Translations under genes and position numbers: made by a program
Part shown: positions 9,712 through 18,611 of the stretch, one piece after another
How the letters are laid out: each line of letters begins with the position of its first letter
Position numbering within the stretch: position 1 is the first letter of the stretch
Assembly (NCBI GenBank): GCA_964344235.1
Contig: CAYFMJ010000001.1
Span: 96,001 to 160,000 of the forward strand
Length of the DNA: 64,000 bases
DNA from: an uncultured Methanosarcinales archaeon
GTDB taxonomy: Archaea; Nanobdellota; Nanobdellia; Woesearchaeales; GW2011-AR9
Reading direction: 5' to 3'
Notes under the pieces: generated by a model
Database searches by the model: none
The model's input: only the letters and a program-made list of their open reading frames with translations
Told to the model about the DNA's origin: nothing

Positions 9712-10124
9712 TGTTGTTGTAATAGTAGTTCTTTAATTTTTGTACTTTTATGTTTATGTGGTTTGTAGGGTTTTGCTCTCAAAACTTTCGGGTAAAGATG
9801 AAGAGGGAGAAGTTTCTCAGAAAGTTGTTTCTCTGTGATAGGATGATCATATCCTAAGAGAATGATGTCTGGTTTCTTTTCTTCAATTATTTTGAAATGG
9901 TTGTCGTGATGTCCTAACGTGGCTTCATCCACTATTTGCAGGCTTTTGACAAGTTTCAGTCGCTCCTGCTCGTCAAAGATGGTTTCTTTTTGTTGGTCTG
10001 TTTTTGTTTTATCTCTTGCTACTACTACAACAAGTTTGTCAGCGTGTTGTTTCGCTTGCTGGAAGTAGTCGAGGTGTCCGAGGTGGAGTACATCGAATGT
10101 TCCAAAACACATTACGCTAGTCAT
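9708..10124 (-). CDS. ribL: FAD synthase (archaeal cytidylyltransferase-like)
   Basis: 'GTFDVLHLGH', 'VVVARD', 'KPDII.LGYD'. Confidence 0.8.
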   Translation of the reverse strand: MTSVMCFGTFDVLHLGHLDYFQQAKQHADKLVVVVARDKTKTDQQKETIFDEQERLKLVKSLQIVDEATLGHHDNHFKIIEEKKPDIILLGYDHPITEKQLSEKLLPLHLYPKVLRAKPYKPHKHKSTKIKELLLQQQ

Positions 10125-10695
10125 TTTGAGCTATAAACCGCAGTAATAACGCTACTGTACGGTCCTCTTTAATCTGTTTGTTCAAACACATTTGTTCAAC
10201 TTCATCAAACGTTTTCCACGTTGGTTCAATGATCTCGCCATGATCGAGATGTTGGCCTTTTGGATGCTCTTCAAATTCTTCAATACGAAAGCAGAATAAA
10301 TCCCAACGCATCGTTGCACCACAAGTAGATGTGTGGATATGTTTTACTTTCTTTGCAACGATTCCTGCTTCCTCTAAACATTCGGTAATGATTCTCTTTT
10401 CAGCAGCCTGTTCAATGTATTCTTGACCTTTCTCTAATGCTTCCTCATATTCGTCAAGTGTTTCGAATACTTTTCCACCAGGAATGCGATAATCATACCC
10501 CTTCTGGGCTGGCCGGTATTCATGAATCATAAGAATTTTGTTGTCTTTTACGATAAGAGCTCTTGTTCCAGGAGAACGATACGCCCATTCGTATTCTAGT
10601 GTTCGTGTCGGTTCTTTCATTAATTGTCTGCGAACACCTACTATTTTACCAGAATACACTTCTTTAGGTTCTTCTAAAGGAATTGGTTTAGTCAT
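10117..10695 (-). CDS. Nudix hydrolase
   Basis: 'PGG' followed by a divergent Nudix box 'ECLEEAGI'. Confidence 0.7.
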   Translation of the reverse strand: MTKPIPLEEPKEVYSGKIVGVRRQLMKEPTRTLEYEWAYRSPGTRALIVKDNKILMIHEYRPAQKGYDYRIPGGKVFETLDEYEEALEKGQEYIEQAAEKRIITECLEEAGIVAKKVKHIHTSTCGATMRWDLFCFRIEEFEEHPKGQHLDHGEIIEPTWKTFDEVEQMCLNKQIKEDRTVALLLRFIAQND

Positions 10696-10697
10696 TT

Positions 10698-10946
10698 TTA
10701 TTCTCCTCTTATCCTGTAGGCGTCAACAACTTCGCCGTTACGGAAGACAACGACCCCTCTGTCTGCAACCCCCTCGTATAACAATACTCTATCTTCTTCA
10801 ACAACGTTTAGAAGACCAGGAATATTAACAGTTTTTGTTCTCTTGCCAACTTGTAAATCGATTGTGGTGGAGTAAGGCCAATTTTCACAACCGATAACAG
10901 TTCCATCAATTGTGTGTAATGCTATCCCGTGTCCTGCAAATGTCAT
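10698..10946 (-). CDS. Hypothetical protein (82 aa)
   Basis: Fills the gap in a tightly packed minus-strand operon; 4-nt overlap with the upstream gene. Confidence 0.55.
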   Translation of the reverse strand: MTFAGHGIALHTIDGTVIGCENWPYSTTIDLQVGKRTKTVNIPGLLNVVEEDRVLLYEGVADRGVVVFRNGEVVDAYRIRGE

Positions 10947-12997
10947 TTTTCTATTAATTCTGCCTCGCCAATTATTAATTTTCCGGAATGTTTTGAGTCC
11001 ATAACTTTCTGTGTTCTTACAAGTTTAATTTTCTTGTGAAATAATGGGGCGTCTAATACCAGCGACTCAAATTCTCCGCCTTCCCCAGCAATGTTTAGAA
11101 ATTGTTTTGCTTGGAGTTCTTGGAGAATTTCTTCATTAATTTCTTTACCTAACCACGATTCATCCAAACCATCAGCTGCAACTGCTGTAATGATAACGTG
11201 GAAACCGCGTTGTATTACCTCTTTCATATGCTGCTCTTGGGATTTATGCCACAGGGGGGAGAATATTTTTAATCCTAAGTTGTCACAAATCTTCTCTATT
11301 CTATCTCTCTGATATGTTGAGAATAAAGCGCCGGAGACGACACCTTCAATTTTGTGTTGTTCTTTTGCAATTTTTAATGCTGCTTCTAAATCTGCCAATT
11401 CTTTCTCTTTCTCACCTTTCGTAGGTACCTGAACGAGAGGAAGGCCCATTGCCTCTGCTTGGAGTTGAACTAGCTCTGTACCTGCAGATTGAAACATGTA
11501 AGAATATTCATTCTCCGATTTCAGATTGATTAGGCAGGTTAATTCATAATTTTGCTGATGCATAATGTGTGCAGCGGAGAGTGAATCTTTACCTGAGGAG
11601 AAGAGAACACCAAGTTTCACGTTATGGGTAGGATAGAATTGTCGGAGGTATTGTGATTTTGATTGTTTGTGTTGTTTTGCTAATTTGCCAAGTGCATTGT
11701 CTATTCTTGAACCGTATTGCGCTGCGGTTTTTTTACGATATGAGAATTGTTCTAGAATCCCTGAGTTGAGTGCGATGTCTCGTAGAATAATTTTTGTTGC
11801 TCCCCCATTTATTTTGTGTTGTGTTGGAATTTTAAGTGCGTAGTTGATGAGAGAGTGGTCTAAGAATGGTAGACGTAACTCTAGGTTATTATCCATCGTA
11901 AGAACATCGTCCCGGTAAAGGTCGCGTTCGTACATCTTTCGTAAGCCGGAAACACATTCCTGGTTAATGTTAGAGGATTTTTTATGACGCTCATAGCCGG
12001 CAAAGATTTCTTCACTTCCTAAGCCAGAGAAGATTACTTTACAGCCATCTTCTTTCGCTAGTTCACTCGCTAAGTAGAATGTTAACGCTACACCGACTTT
12101 CACAACGTTAGAGTCTTCGATTAAAGGAACTATTTTCTGGAGGTATTGGGGGAGGTCTTCCTGTTTTATGGTTTTGATTTTAAGATCAAGATTAAGTTCT
12201 TTCGCTACGTTTTGCGCTGCTGCTAAATCGGAAGGTGTGGCGGTGTCTGTGTCGAGAACAGCTGTGTAACAGGTGAAGTCATAGCCTTTTGTTTTGAAGT
12301 AATGTGCTAAGAACGTGGAGTCTATCCCGCCGGAGAAGAGAAGGCCGAATTTTTTATTTGGGATGCGTTTCTGAATTGCATTGTGTAGTAATTGTTTTGT
12401 TGTTTGTTTTATGTTTTCATAATTATCTGTGTGTTCTGGTGTGTATTCAAAGAATGGTCTTTTTGTGATTGTCAGCTTTTTGTTTTTGACATCGTATGTG
12501 AGGATGCTGCGAGGGTTTAATTCGACAATATCAATGTAACCGAGTTTCTCTAATGCTTTCTTTTCTGATGCAAAGGCGAAAGAGTCGTTGTTGTATGCGT
12601 ACCATAATGGTTTCACGCCAAGAATATCTCGAGCGAGTGTGATTGAGTTATTATTGTAATAGGCAAACGCAAAGACGCCATCAAGTTCTTCTATTTTTTC
12701 TGTATTAAATTTGTCAAGAAAATGAAGAAGAAGTTCGGCATCGTTTTGTGTGTTTAGGTTGTATTTTGTATTCATTTCTTCCCAGTTATAGATTTCGCAG
12801 TTTGCAGTGAGGGTTCCTCCATTCTGAATTGGTTGAGGGATATGATTAATAACCGCATGCAAGGTATGGCCAAGAACGCCGTTTGGTAATTGAGTGATTT
12901 GAGAACCATCTTTTCCCCGATTTTTGAGGATGTCAAGAGCGGCAGCTACATGTTCCTTTGCTTGTACATGGTTAAAGACGCCAACGATGCCACACAT
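10943..12997 (-). CDS. Fusion of asparagine-synthetase-B-like amidotransferase and diphthine-ammonia ligase (Dph6)
   Basis: N-terminal MCGIVG (Ntn Cys), 'NCEIYN', 'RDILGVKPL', PP-loop 'SGGIDS', 'ELRLPFLD'; C-terminal Dph6 'FSSGKDS', 'SYMFQ', 'GEGGEFESLVLDAP'. Confidence 0.88.
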   Translation of the reverse strand: MCGIVGVFNHVQAKEHVAAALDILKNRGKDGSQITQLPNGVLGHTLHAVINHIPQPIQNGGTLTANCEIYNWEEMNTKYNLNTQNDAELLLHFLDKFNTEKIEELDGVFAFAYYNNNSITLARDILGVKPLWYAYNNDSFAFASEKKALEKLGYIDIVELNPRSILTYDVKNKKLTITKRPFFEYTPEHTDNYENIKQTTKQLLHNAIQKRIPNKKFGLLFSGGIDSTFLAHYFKTKGYDFTCYTAVLDTDTATPSDLAAAQNVAKELNLDLKIKTIKQEDLPQYLQKIVPLIEDSNVVKVGVALTFYLASELAKEDGCKVIFSGLGSEEIFAGYERHKKSSNINQECVSGLRKMYERDLYRDDVLTMDNNLELRLPFLDHSLINYALKIPTQHKINGGATKIILRDIALNSGILEQFSYRKKTAAQYGSRIDNALGKLAKQHKQSKSQYLRQFYPTHNVKLGVLFSSGKDSLSAAHIMHQQNYELTCLINLKSENEYSYMFQSAGTELVQLQAEAMGLPLVQVPTKGEKEKELADLEAALKIAKEQHKIEGVVSGALFSTYQRDRIEKICDNLGLKIFSPLWHKSQEQHMKEVIQRGFHVIITAVAADGLDESWLGKEINEEILQELQAKQFLNIAGEGGEFESLVLDAPLFHKKIKLVRTQKVMDSKHSGKLIIGEAELIEK

Positions 12998-13112
12998 AAG
13001 TGGTTAATTTGGTAGTATTTTTATAAAATTATGGGGTTGTTGCAAAGGAAGAAGCACAATCTATAGGTCCAATGACACATAAGGATATAAGTTAAATTGA
13101 TATCCAGAAAAT

Positions 13113-13343
13113 ATGAGTGAAAGACTTGAAGAAACAGCATTTAGAATGTTTATGGAACAAAGAGGCACTACTTTTTCTGGCGACCTGAAAGATACGACCC
13201 TGTATCAAGGGTTTGTTGCTGGGTTTTATGGGCGAGCAGAAGACAGAAAAAGAGAAGTTCTGAAACAAACTGCTGAAAGTGCAGAGTATGTAATGGCATA
13301 TTTCGTTGGAGAGATAGAAGGTCGAAATCACAGGGGTTGTTAG
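13113..13343 (+). CDS. Hypothetical protein (76 aa)
   Basis: ATG start after an AT-rich promoter-like region; convergent with the DRG GTPase; no recognised domain. Confidence 0.5.
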   Translation: MSERLEETAFRMFMEQRGTTFSGDLKDTTLYQGFVAGFYGRAEDRKREVLKQTAESAEYVMAYFVGEIEGRNHRGC

Positions 13344-13346
13344 AAC

Positions 13347-14444
13347 TTAATCAAGATGAATCTCTAACACGTCTTTATCTTTCAATGCATGTTTCAACAT
13401 AACTCGCTGTGCAGGATGCTTTGCTGACTTGCCCCATACTCTTGCAAACTTGAAACGTTTGACAAAATCTTTATGTGTTTTATTGCAAACATCTCGAATC
13501 GTAGAATTACGAGGGATGATTAACGGCTCTTTCATGTCTGCTTCTTTACGAGGTTCTTTCATGTAAATACGGATGAAGTCAAGTTTTTTGAAGATCTTTT
13601 CACGTAATTCTTTAATTCCTAAATCCTCATGTGTGCTAATTACTAAATCTGCGTTCAATTCTTTTTTGACTTTTGCAACTTGACCTGCTGTTGCTAAATC
13701 TGCTTTGGTGATACAAGTAATAGCAGGGACGTATTTCTTTTGACTGCCTAAGCAGTCAATGAAGTCATCAATGTCGATGGGGGAGCGAATAAGCACTTCT
13801 GCATTAACAATCTTAAATTGTTGCATGACTTTCCTGATGGTTTCATCGTCTGTACCAATTTCAACGGTTTTACCAATATGGATTCCGCCCTGTCCTTTTT
13901 TCTTAATGTACACTTCTGGTTTAGTTTTATTCACCCGTATATTCGATTCCCATACTTCCCGCAGAATTGCTTGGTAATGTTCAGGAGTTGTGACGTCGAC
14001 TACTATTAACACTAAATCGGCGTTTTGGATAACGGCGAGCACTTCTTTTCCTCTTCCTCTACCGGATGCGGCACCAGAAACTATTCCGGGAACGTCAAGA
14101 ATTTGAATTTTTGCTTGTTTATATTCCATCATTCCCGGAACAACGGAAAGAGTGGTGAATGCATAGGCACCGACCTCTGAGTCAGCTCCTGTTAATTTGT
14201 TAAGGAGGGTTGATTTTCCTGCTGAAGGAAATCCGAGCAATAAGACGGTTCCATCACCCGATTTTCGGACAGAATAGCCGTGGTCTGATCTTCCTGTTTT
14301 TTTAGAAACACGAGATTCTTGTTTTTGCTTCAGTTGGGCAATTTTCGCTTTAAGAATTCCAATATGGCCTTGCGTTGCTTTGTTATATTTGGTTTTTTTT
14401 ATCTCGTCCTGGATTTCTTTGATTTGTTTATTATAATCGACCAT
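13347..14444 (-). CDS. DRG/Rbg1-family OBG GTPase with TGS domain
   Basis: 'KYNKATQGHIG.LKAK', G1 'GFPSAGKS', 'YAFTT', 'DVPG', 'TKAD', C-terminal TGS 'ARVWGKS'. Confidence 0.93.
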   Translation of the reverse strand: MVDYNKQIKEIQDEIKKTKYNKATQGHIGILKAKIAQLKQKQESRVSKKTGRSDHGYSVRKSGDGTVLLLGFPSAGKSTLLNKLTGADSEVGAYAFTTLSVVPGMMEYKQAKIQILDVPGIVSGAASGRGRGKEVLAVIQNADLVLIVVDVTTPEHYQAILREVWESNIRVNKTKPEVYIKKKGQGGIHIGKTVEIGTDDETIRKVMQQFKIVNAEVLIRSPIDIDDFIDCLGSQKKYVPAITCITKADLATAGQVAKVKKELNADLVISTHEDLGIKELREKIFKKLDFIRIYMKEPRKEADMKEPLIIPRNSTIRDVCNKTHKDFVKRFKFARVWGKSAKHPAQRVMLKHALKDKDVLEIHLD

Positions 14445-14498
14445 GCACTATTACTTTCCTCAGCGCTTTTTAAGGTTTCTGAGATTTGCGAGGGAATT

Positions 14499-14604
14499 AA
14501 GTCAGTTTCGGCGAGTGGGGCACGGCGCGATTATGGTGTCTTATTCGAACATTTTATTCTTGGACACCATGCGCCCCATTTGGCGCCACTCGCCTTCTCG
14601 ACTC
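14499..14604 (-). ncRNA. Candidate structured ncRNA, copy C of a three-copy family
   Basis: Nested helices GGCGAGUGG/CCACUCGCC, GGCGC/GCGCC, AUGGUGUC/GACACCAU with conserved AAUC bulge and CAAAUGG/GU loop; TTTATAAA at 14628-14635. Confidence 0.65.
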
Positions 14605-14657
14605 AATAAAAAAGTGTTTTCGTAATGTTTATAAAATCGTGAGCAGAATAGAAGAGA

Positions 14658-15209
14658 ATGGTCAATGCGACAGCAGTCGGAGGGGTTGTAGAGACAGCGC
14701 AGTCCTACTTTTACTCAATTATCATTGGAATTGTGATTCTGTTAATTGGTTTTGGCGCGGGAGTATTAGCGAAAAGAATCGTCCACAGGGTTCTGCGAGA
14801 AATTGAGTTGAATAAGATTATGAGTAAAGTGGGAATGCGTCATAATTTAGAGCGAACGATTAGTATTGTTATCTCGTATCTTATTTACATCGTAACGATT
14901 ATCATCTTTTTGAAGCAGTTTGGTGTGATTCCCATCTACATTGTGTATCTCATTGTGGGAGCAATTCTCATGTTAATGGCATTAACATTTATTGTAGGTT
15001 TGAAAGATGTTATCCCGAATTTTGTGGCATGGGTATTGTTGCAGAGAAAGGGTAAGATTAAGGAAGGGTATCATGTTAACGTTAGGGAGATTTATGGCGT
15101 TGTAGAAAGGGTTGGTTTTTTAGAAACAGAAATTAAGACAGATAATAATGATATTTTATATGTGCCAAATTCGTTATTTTTGAAATCGAAGTTTAGAGTA
15201 AGGAAGTGA
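14658..15209 (+). CDS. Small-conductance mechanosensitive channel (MscS-like)
   Basis: Three TM segments, 'GLKDVIPNFVA', 'IKEGY.V', 'G.VERVGFLETEIKT....ILYVPNS'. Confidence 0.8.
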   Translation: MVNATAVGGVVETAQSYFYSIIIGIVILLIGFGAGVLAKRIVHRVLREIELNKIMSKVGMRHNLERTISIVISYLIYIVTIIIFLKQFGVIPIYIVYLIVGAILMLMALTFIVGLKDVIPNFVAWVLLQRKGKIKEGYHVNVREIYGVVERVGFLETEIKTDNNDILYVPNSLFLKSKFRVRK

Positions 15210-15449
15210 TTACTTCGCACTCTCTAACATGCTGATAACATCCCACACTTGTGTTCTATTATAAGAAGGCATGTCGATGTTGTTTAAATCTTCTAATTCC
15301 ATCAACGCTTTCTCGATAGGAAGTTCAACATCACTGGAAAGAATTGTAATAACACTGGCTGCTTTTTCTTTAAATCGTTTGCAACAGTCTGGTTCTTCTT
15401 TTAATTCGCTGAGGTACTCAATGACTTCAGTCACTTGTTGTTTGTTCAT
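15210..15449 (-). CDS. UPF0147 family protein
   Basis: 'ALMELEDL....MPSYNRTQVWDVISMLES'. Confidence 0.75.
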   Translation of the reverse strand: MNKQQVTEVIEYLSELKEEPDCCKRFKEKAASVITILSSDVELPIEKALMELEDLNNIDMPSYNRTQVWDVISMLESAK

Positions 15450-15771
15450 CGTTGTTCTCTTCCTGTAATTCTTTCATAACTTCTTTCTGTAAGGATTCCA
15501 TTTGCTCTTTGAGTTTATCCTCTTGTGAAGCGAAGTTTTTCAAATGGATCTCTGCAACGTCTTTCTTTTCCTGGAGATCTTTTGAAAGGTCTTCTTTAGA
15601 AGCGGCAATCATCATTTTGCCAAGAATCTTATAACTTTTATCGGTTGTTTTTATTTCAGTCAATGCTGAGTTTAATTCTGTTAATTGTGATTCAATTTGT
15701 TGTTTTTGCATAGAGATGGAGTGAAGGTTTTGCTGCAGGAGTTGTAGTTGGTTTACCTTATCTGATGTCAT
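15427..15771 (-). CDS. pfdB: Prefoldin beta subunit
   Basis: Coiled-coil, 'ALTEI......SYKILGKMMI'; follows rpoP as in the conserved archaeal operon. Confidence 0.88.
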   Translation of the reverse strand: MTSDKVNQLQLLQQNLHSISMQKQQIESQLTELNSALTEIKTTDKSYKILGKMMIAASKEDLSKDLQEKKDVAEIHLKNFASQEDKLKEQMESLQKEVMKELQEENNDEQTTSD

Positions 15772-15780
15772 TTTTAAGAA

Positions 15781-15915
15781 TTAACGTGCTTTTACTTTGT
15801 TAACGGTTCTCCGATCTTTATAGAGGATCTTACCGCCACAGTAGGGGCATCTAATTTTAGTACGAGTGTACTCGTCCTCTACTTTCTTTCCACAGTCAAA
15901 ACAAACGTAATACAT
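15781..15915 (-). CDS. rpoP: DNA-directed RNA polymerase subunit P (Rpo12), 44 aa; missed by ORF track
   Basis: Hand translation MYYVCFDCGKKVEDEYTRTKIRCPYCGGKILYKDRRTVNKVKAR*; two CxxC; lies between rpl37ae and pfdB. Confidence 0.93.
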   Translation of the reverse strand: MYYVCFDCGKKVEDEYTRTKIRCPYCGGKILYKDRRTVNKVKAR

Positions 15916-15916
15916 T

Positions 15917-16114
15917 TTATTTGGGTTTATAGGCTTTGCCAGCAAATTTAATGCCGGTTTTTTTACAGATCCAGATACCTAAGGAAAGTCGTTTTACTGT
16001 TGGTTTATTACAGAACGGGCTTTTGTACTTTTTTCGCTGCTGTGCTTCAATAGCGCCGAATTTCTTCTTAGGTTTTCGCCCGTACCGAGCTCCGAATCGT
16101 TTTGTTGATTTCAT
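15917..16114 (-). CDS. rpl37ae: 50S ribosomal protein L37Ae (eL43)
   Basis: 'STKRFGARYG', 'QRKKY.SPFC.K..VKR...GIWIC.KTG..FAG.AY'. Confidence 0.9.
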   Translation of the reverse strand: MKSTKRFGARYGRKPKKKFGAIEAQQRKKYKSPFCNKPTVKRLSLGIWICKKTGIKFAGKAYKPK

Positions 16115-16127
16115 GTTGTTAGTATAA

Positions 16128-16234
16128 TGGTGGGGCCGCCCAGATTTGAACTGGGGTCTAAGCGTCCCAAACGCCCAATGCTAGATTGCTCCTAGCGACT
16201 TGTGTCTTGCTAGACCAAGCTACACTACGGCCCC
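16128..16234 (-). tRNA. tRNA-Pro(TGG) with 29-nt D-loop intron (16186-16214) and encoded CCA
   Basis: Acceptor GGGGCCG/CGGCCCC-A-CCA, T-arm CCCAG-TTCAAAT-CTGGG, anticodon arm GGGCG-TTTGGGA-CGCTT; removing 29 nt restores D-arm GTGT-AGCTTGGTCTA-GCAT. Confidence 0.92.
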
Positions 16235-16293
16235 GTAGCGTCTTTATAAATGTTATGCTGAAAAAGGAGTAATTTAAAAGGTTTGTGGTTGAA

Positions 16294-17331
16294 TTAGAAC
16301 TGTTTGATTATAATGAGGGATTTGGGTGCTCTAGTGAGAATTGTCAGTTTATTGGTCCAAACAACGGTATCTTCGATTCGTAAGCCGATTTTATTCTTGA
16401 TGTAAATGCCGGGTTCTATAGTAAATGGAACATTCTTTTCTACTTTCGCTGGTTGGGAAAAGAATGGATCTTCATGGACTTCAATTCCGATTCCATGCCC
16501 CAGAGAGTGGATGAAGTATTTCGCGTGTTTTTTTAGTGTATTTCTTGCTGTTGTGTCGAGTTCCTTCAAAGAAATTTTTGGTTTGATTGCTTTAATTGCT
16601 GAAGTTTGTGCATTGAGTAAGAGGTTGTAGAGCATTTTTTGTTCTTCATTGGGAGTGCCTAAAAATATACACCGCGTCATGTCAGCACAGTAGTTTTTGT
16701 AGCGTGCGCCGAAGTCAACAAGGAGGAAACCGCGTTTTAGTGTGTCTGTAGAGGTAATGTGATGAGGAGTGGCAGCGTTTGTGTGGGTTGCAGCTATTGT
16801 GGGGAAGGCTAAAGAAGCGCCTTTGGATTTGATGTGTCCTTCCAGGAAGAACGCAACGTCTTGCTCTGTTTTGAGCGTTTTCTTGGGGAGTTCTTTTACT
16901 AAGGCATTGAAAGCTGATGTGGTGATGGAGCAGGCTTTTGCGATTAATTGTAATTCCTTCGCAGTTTTTTGTTTTCTTAATGCATTGAGCTGCTTTGAAA
17001 TATCAACAAATTTGGCTTTGGGGAATATTTTCTTTGCTTTGTCAAGCTGTTGGACTGTAAGAGAAGTCTTGTTAATGCCAACTTTCTTGGTGGTTTTACT
17101 GGTAATTGTTTTTTCAAAAGTTTTATCGAGAGTTTTGATCTTGATGTTCTTTAATCGTGGCTTTTTGTCTAATTTTGAGATGTAGAGTTTTGCTGATTTG
17201 GGAGTGATGAGGAGATAGCCGTGGGATGGTTCCATTTGAGTGAAGTAGGTGATTGTTGGATCAGGCGCCACGAAGAATGTTGTTTGGATTCTGTTCTTTT
17301 TGAGGAATCTCTGGAATTGTAAGAGTTTCAT
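16294..17331 (-). CDS. Xaa-Pro aminopeptidase (M24)
   Basis: 'DFGARY..YCADMTR', 'HSLGHGIGIEVHE', 'TIEPGIY', 'RIEDTV'. Confidence 0.92.
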   Translation of the reverse strand: MKLLQFQRFLKKNRIQTTFFVAPDPTITYFTQMEPSHGYLLITPKSAKLYISKLDKKPRLKNIKIKTLDKTFEKTITSKTTKKVGINKTSLTVQQLDKAKKIFPKAKFVDISKQLNALRKQKTAKELQLIAKACSITTSAFNALVKELPKKTLKTEQDVAFFLEGHIKSKGASLAFPTIAATHTNAATPHHITSTDTLKRGFLLVDFGARYKNYCADMTRCIFLGTPNEEQKMLYNLLLNAQTSAIKAIKPKISLKELDTTARNTLKKHAKYFIHSLGHGIGIEVHEDPFFSQPAKVEKNVPFTIEPGIYIKNKIGLRIEDTVVWTNKLTILTRAPKSLIIIKQF

Positions 17332-17408
17332 GAGGAAAATAAAATCAACAGTGTAATTAAATCTTATGCCTCCATAATCATTATAAACCTCAAAAATATG
17401 CTTTTTCT

Positions 17409-18611
17409 ATGCAAAAAGCGGTGTTGAAGAATGGATTAAAGGTTTTGTACCACCATAAACAGGGGAATGCGGTAGTGATTCAGGTAATGGTACATGTAGG
17501 GAGTAATAGAGAAACACCTAAAGAGCGAGGGATTTCCCACTTCCTTGAACACATTCTGTTTGAAGGAACTATAAAGAGGCCGACGAATGAATTGATTTCA
17601 AATGAAATTGAGAAGATTGGCGGCGAGTTTAATGCGTACACCGCAAATGAAAGGACATGTTTCTACATTAAAGTTCTGCAGAAGCATTTTGGAAAAGCAG
17701 TAGAGATCTTATCAGATATTTTACATAATTCATTATTTGATGAGGATCATATCAAGAAAGAGAAGCGGATTGTGTTAAAAGAGATTGATATGGTGTATGA
17801 TGAACCAACGTACTATCAATGGATTTTATTACAGCAGAGTTTGTTTTCAAAACACCCATGTAGGGTTCCAACGTATGGAGATAGGAAAGTTATTGCCAAT
17901 TTAACACGGCAGCAGGTGATTGATTATTTTGAGAAATATTACTTATCTAATAACATGACTGTTTCGATTGTAGGAGATGTGAAGCAGTGGAAACAGAAGA
18001 TTGCAAAGAACTTTACGCTGCCGCAAGGGAAAGTCCCTGCTAGGAAAAGGATAGTGGAACCTGCTGCGAAACGGAACGTTGTTAAGAGAGAGAAGAGGAA
18101 AACTCTCAATACGTATAGTATTCTTGGTTTTAAGACTGTTCCCAGAAATCATCCCGATAGTCCGGTGTTGGAAGTGATTAATGGTATTTTAGGAAGAGGG
18201 CAGAGTGGCAAGATCTTTATTGAAGTGCGAAGTAAGAGAGGATTAGCGTATGAAGTTGGAACACAGAATGTGGCGGAGATTAATTATGGTTATTTTGCTG
18301 TGTATTCAACCGTTGCAAAGGCAAAGGTTCGGTTGGTGAGAGATTTGGTGTTGAAAGAAATTGGGAAGTTATCTGCTGTAACGGAACAAGAAGTAAAAGA
18401 GGCGAAGACGTTTATTGAAGGGAGTTTCCTATTAGGAATGGATGATGCGCAGAAGTTGGCAGATCAATTATTATTCTGGTCGCAAGTTGAGGATGCGGCA
18501 CTTATGACGAAGTTTTTAGCAAGAATAAAGAAAGTTACGGTTGCTGATGTGAAGAGAGTGGTGAAGAAGTATTTTAAGAATTATACACACGTTGTGATTG
18601 AAGGGAAGTGA
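17409..18611 (+). CDS. M16 (insulinase/pitrilysin family) zinc peptidase
   Basis: Inverted zincin 'HFLEH', 'NAYT', 'R...GLAY.V'. Confidence 0.92.
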   Translation: MQKAVLKNGLKVLYHHKQGNAVVIQVMVHVGSNRETPKERGISHFLEHILFEGTIKRPTNELISNEIEKIGGEFNAYTANERTCFYIKVLQKHFGKAVEILSDILHNSLFDEDHIKKEKRIVLKEIDMVYDEPTYYQWILLQQSLFSKHPCRVPTYGDRKVIANLTRQQVIDYFEKYYLSNNMTVSIVGDVKQWKQKIAKNFTLPQGKVPARKRIVEPAAKRNVVKREKRKTLNTYSILGFKTVPRNHPDSPVLEVINGILGRGQSGKIFIEVRSKRGLAYEVGTQNVAEINYGYFAVYSTVAKAKVRLVRDLVLKEIGKLSAVTEQEVKEAKTFIEGSFLLGMDDAQKLADQLLFWSQVEDAALMTKFLARIKKVTVADVKRVVKKYFKNYTHVVIEGK

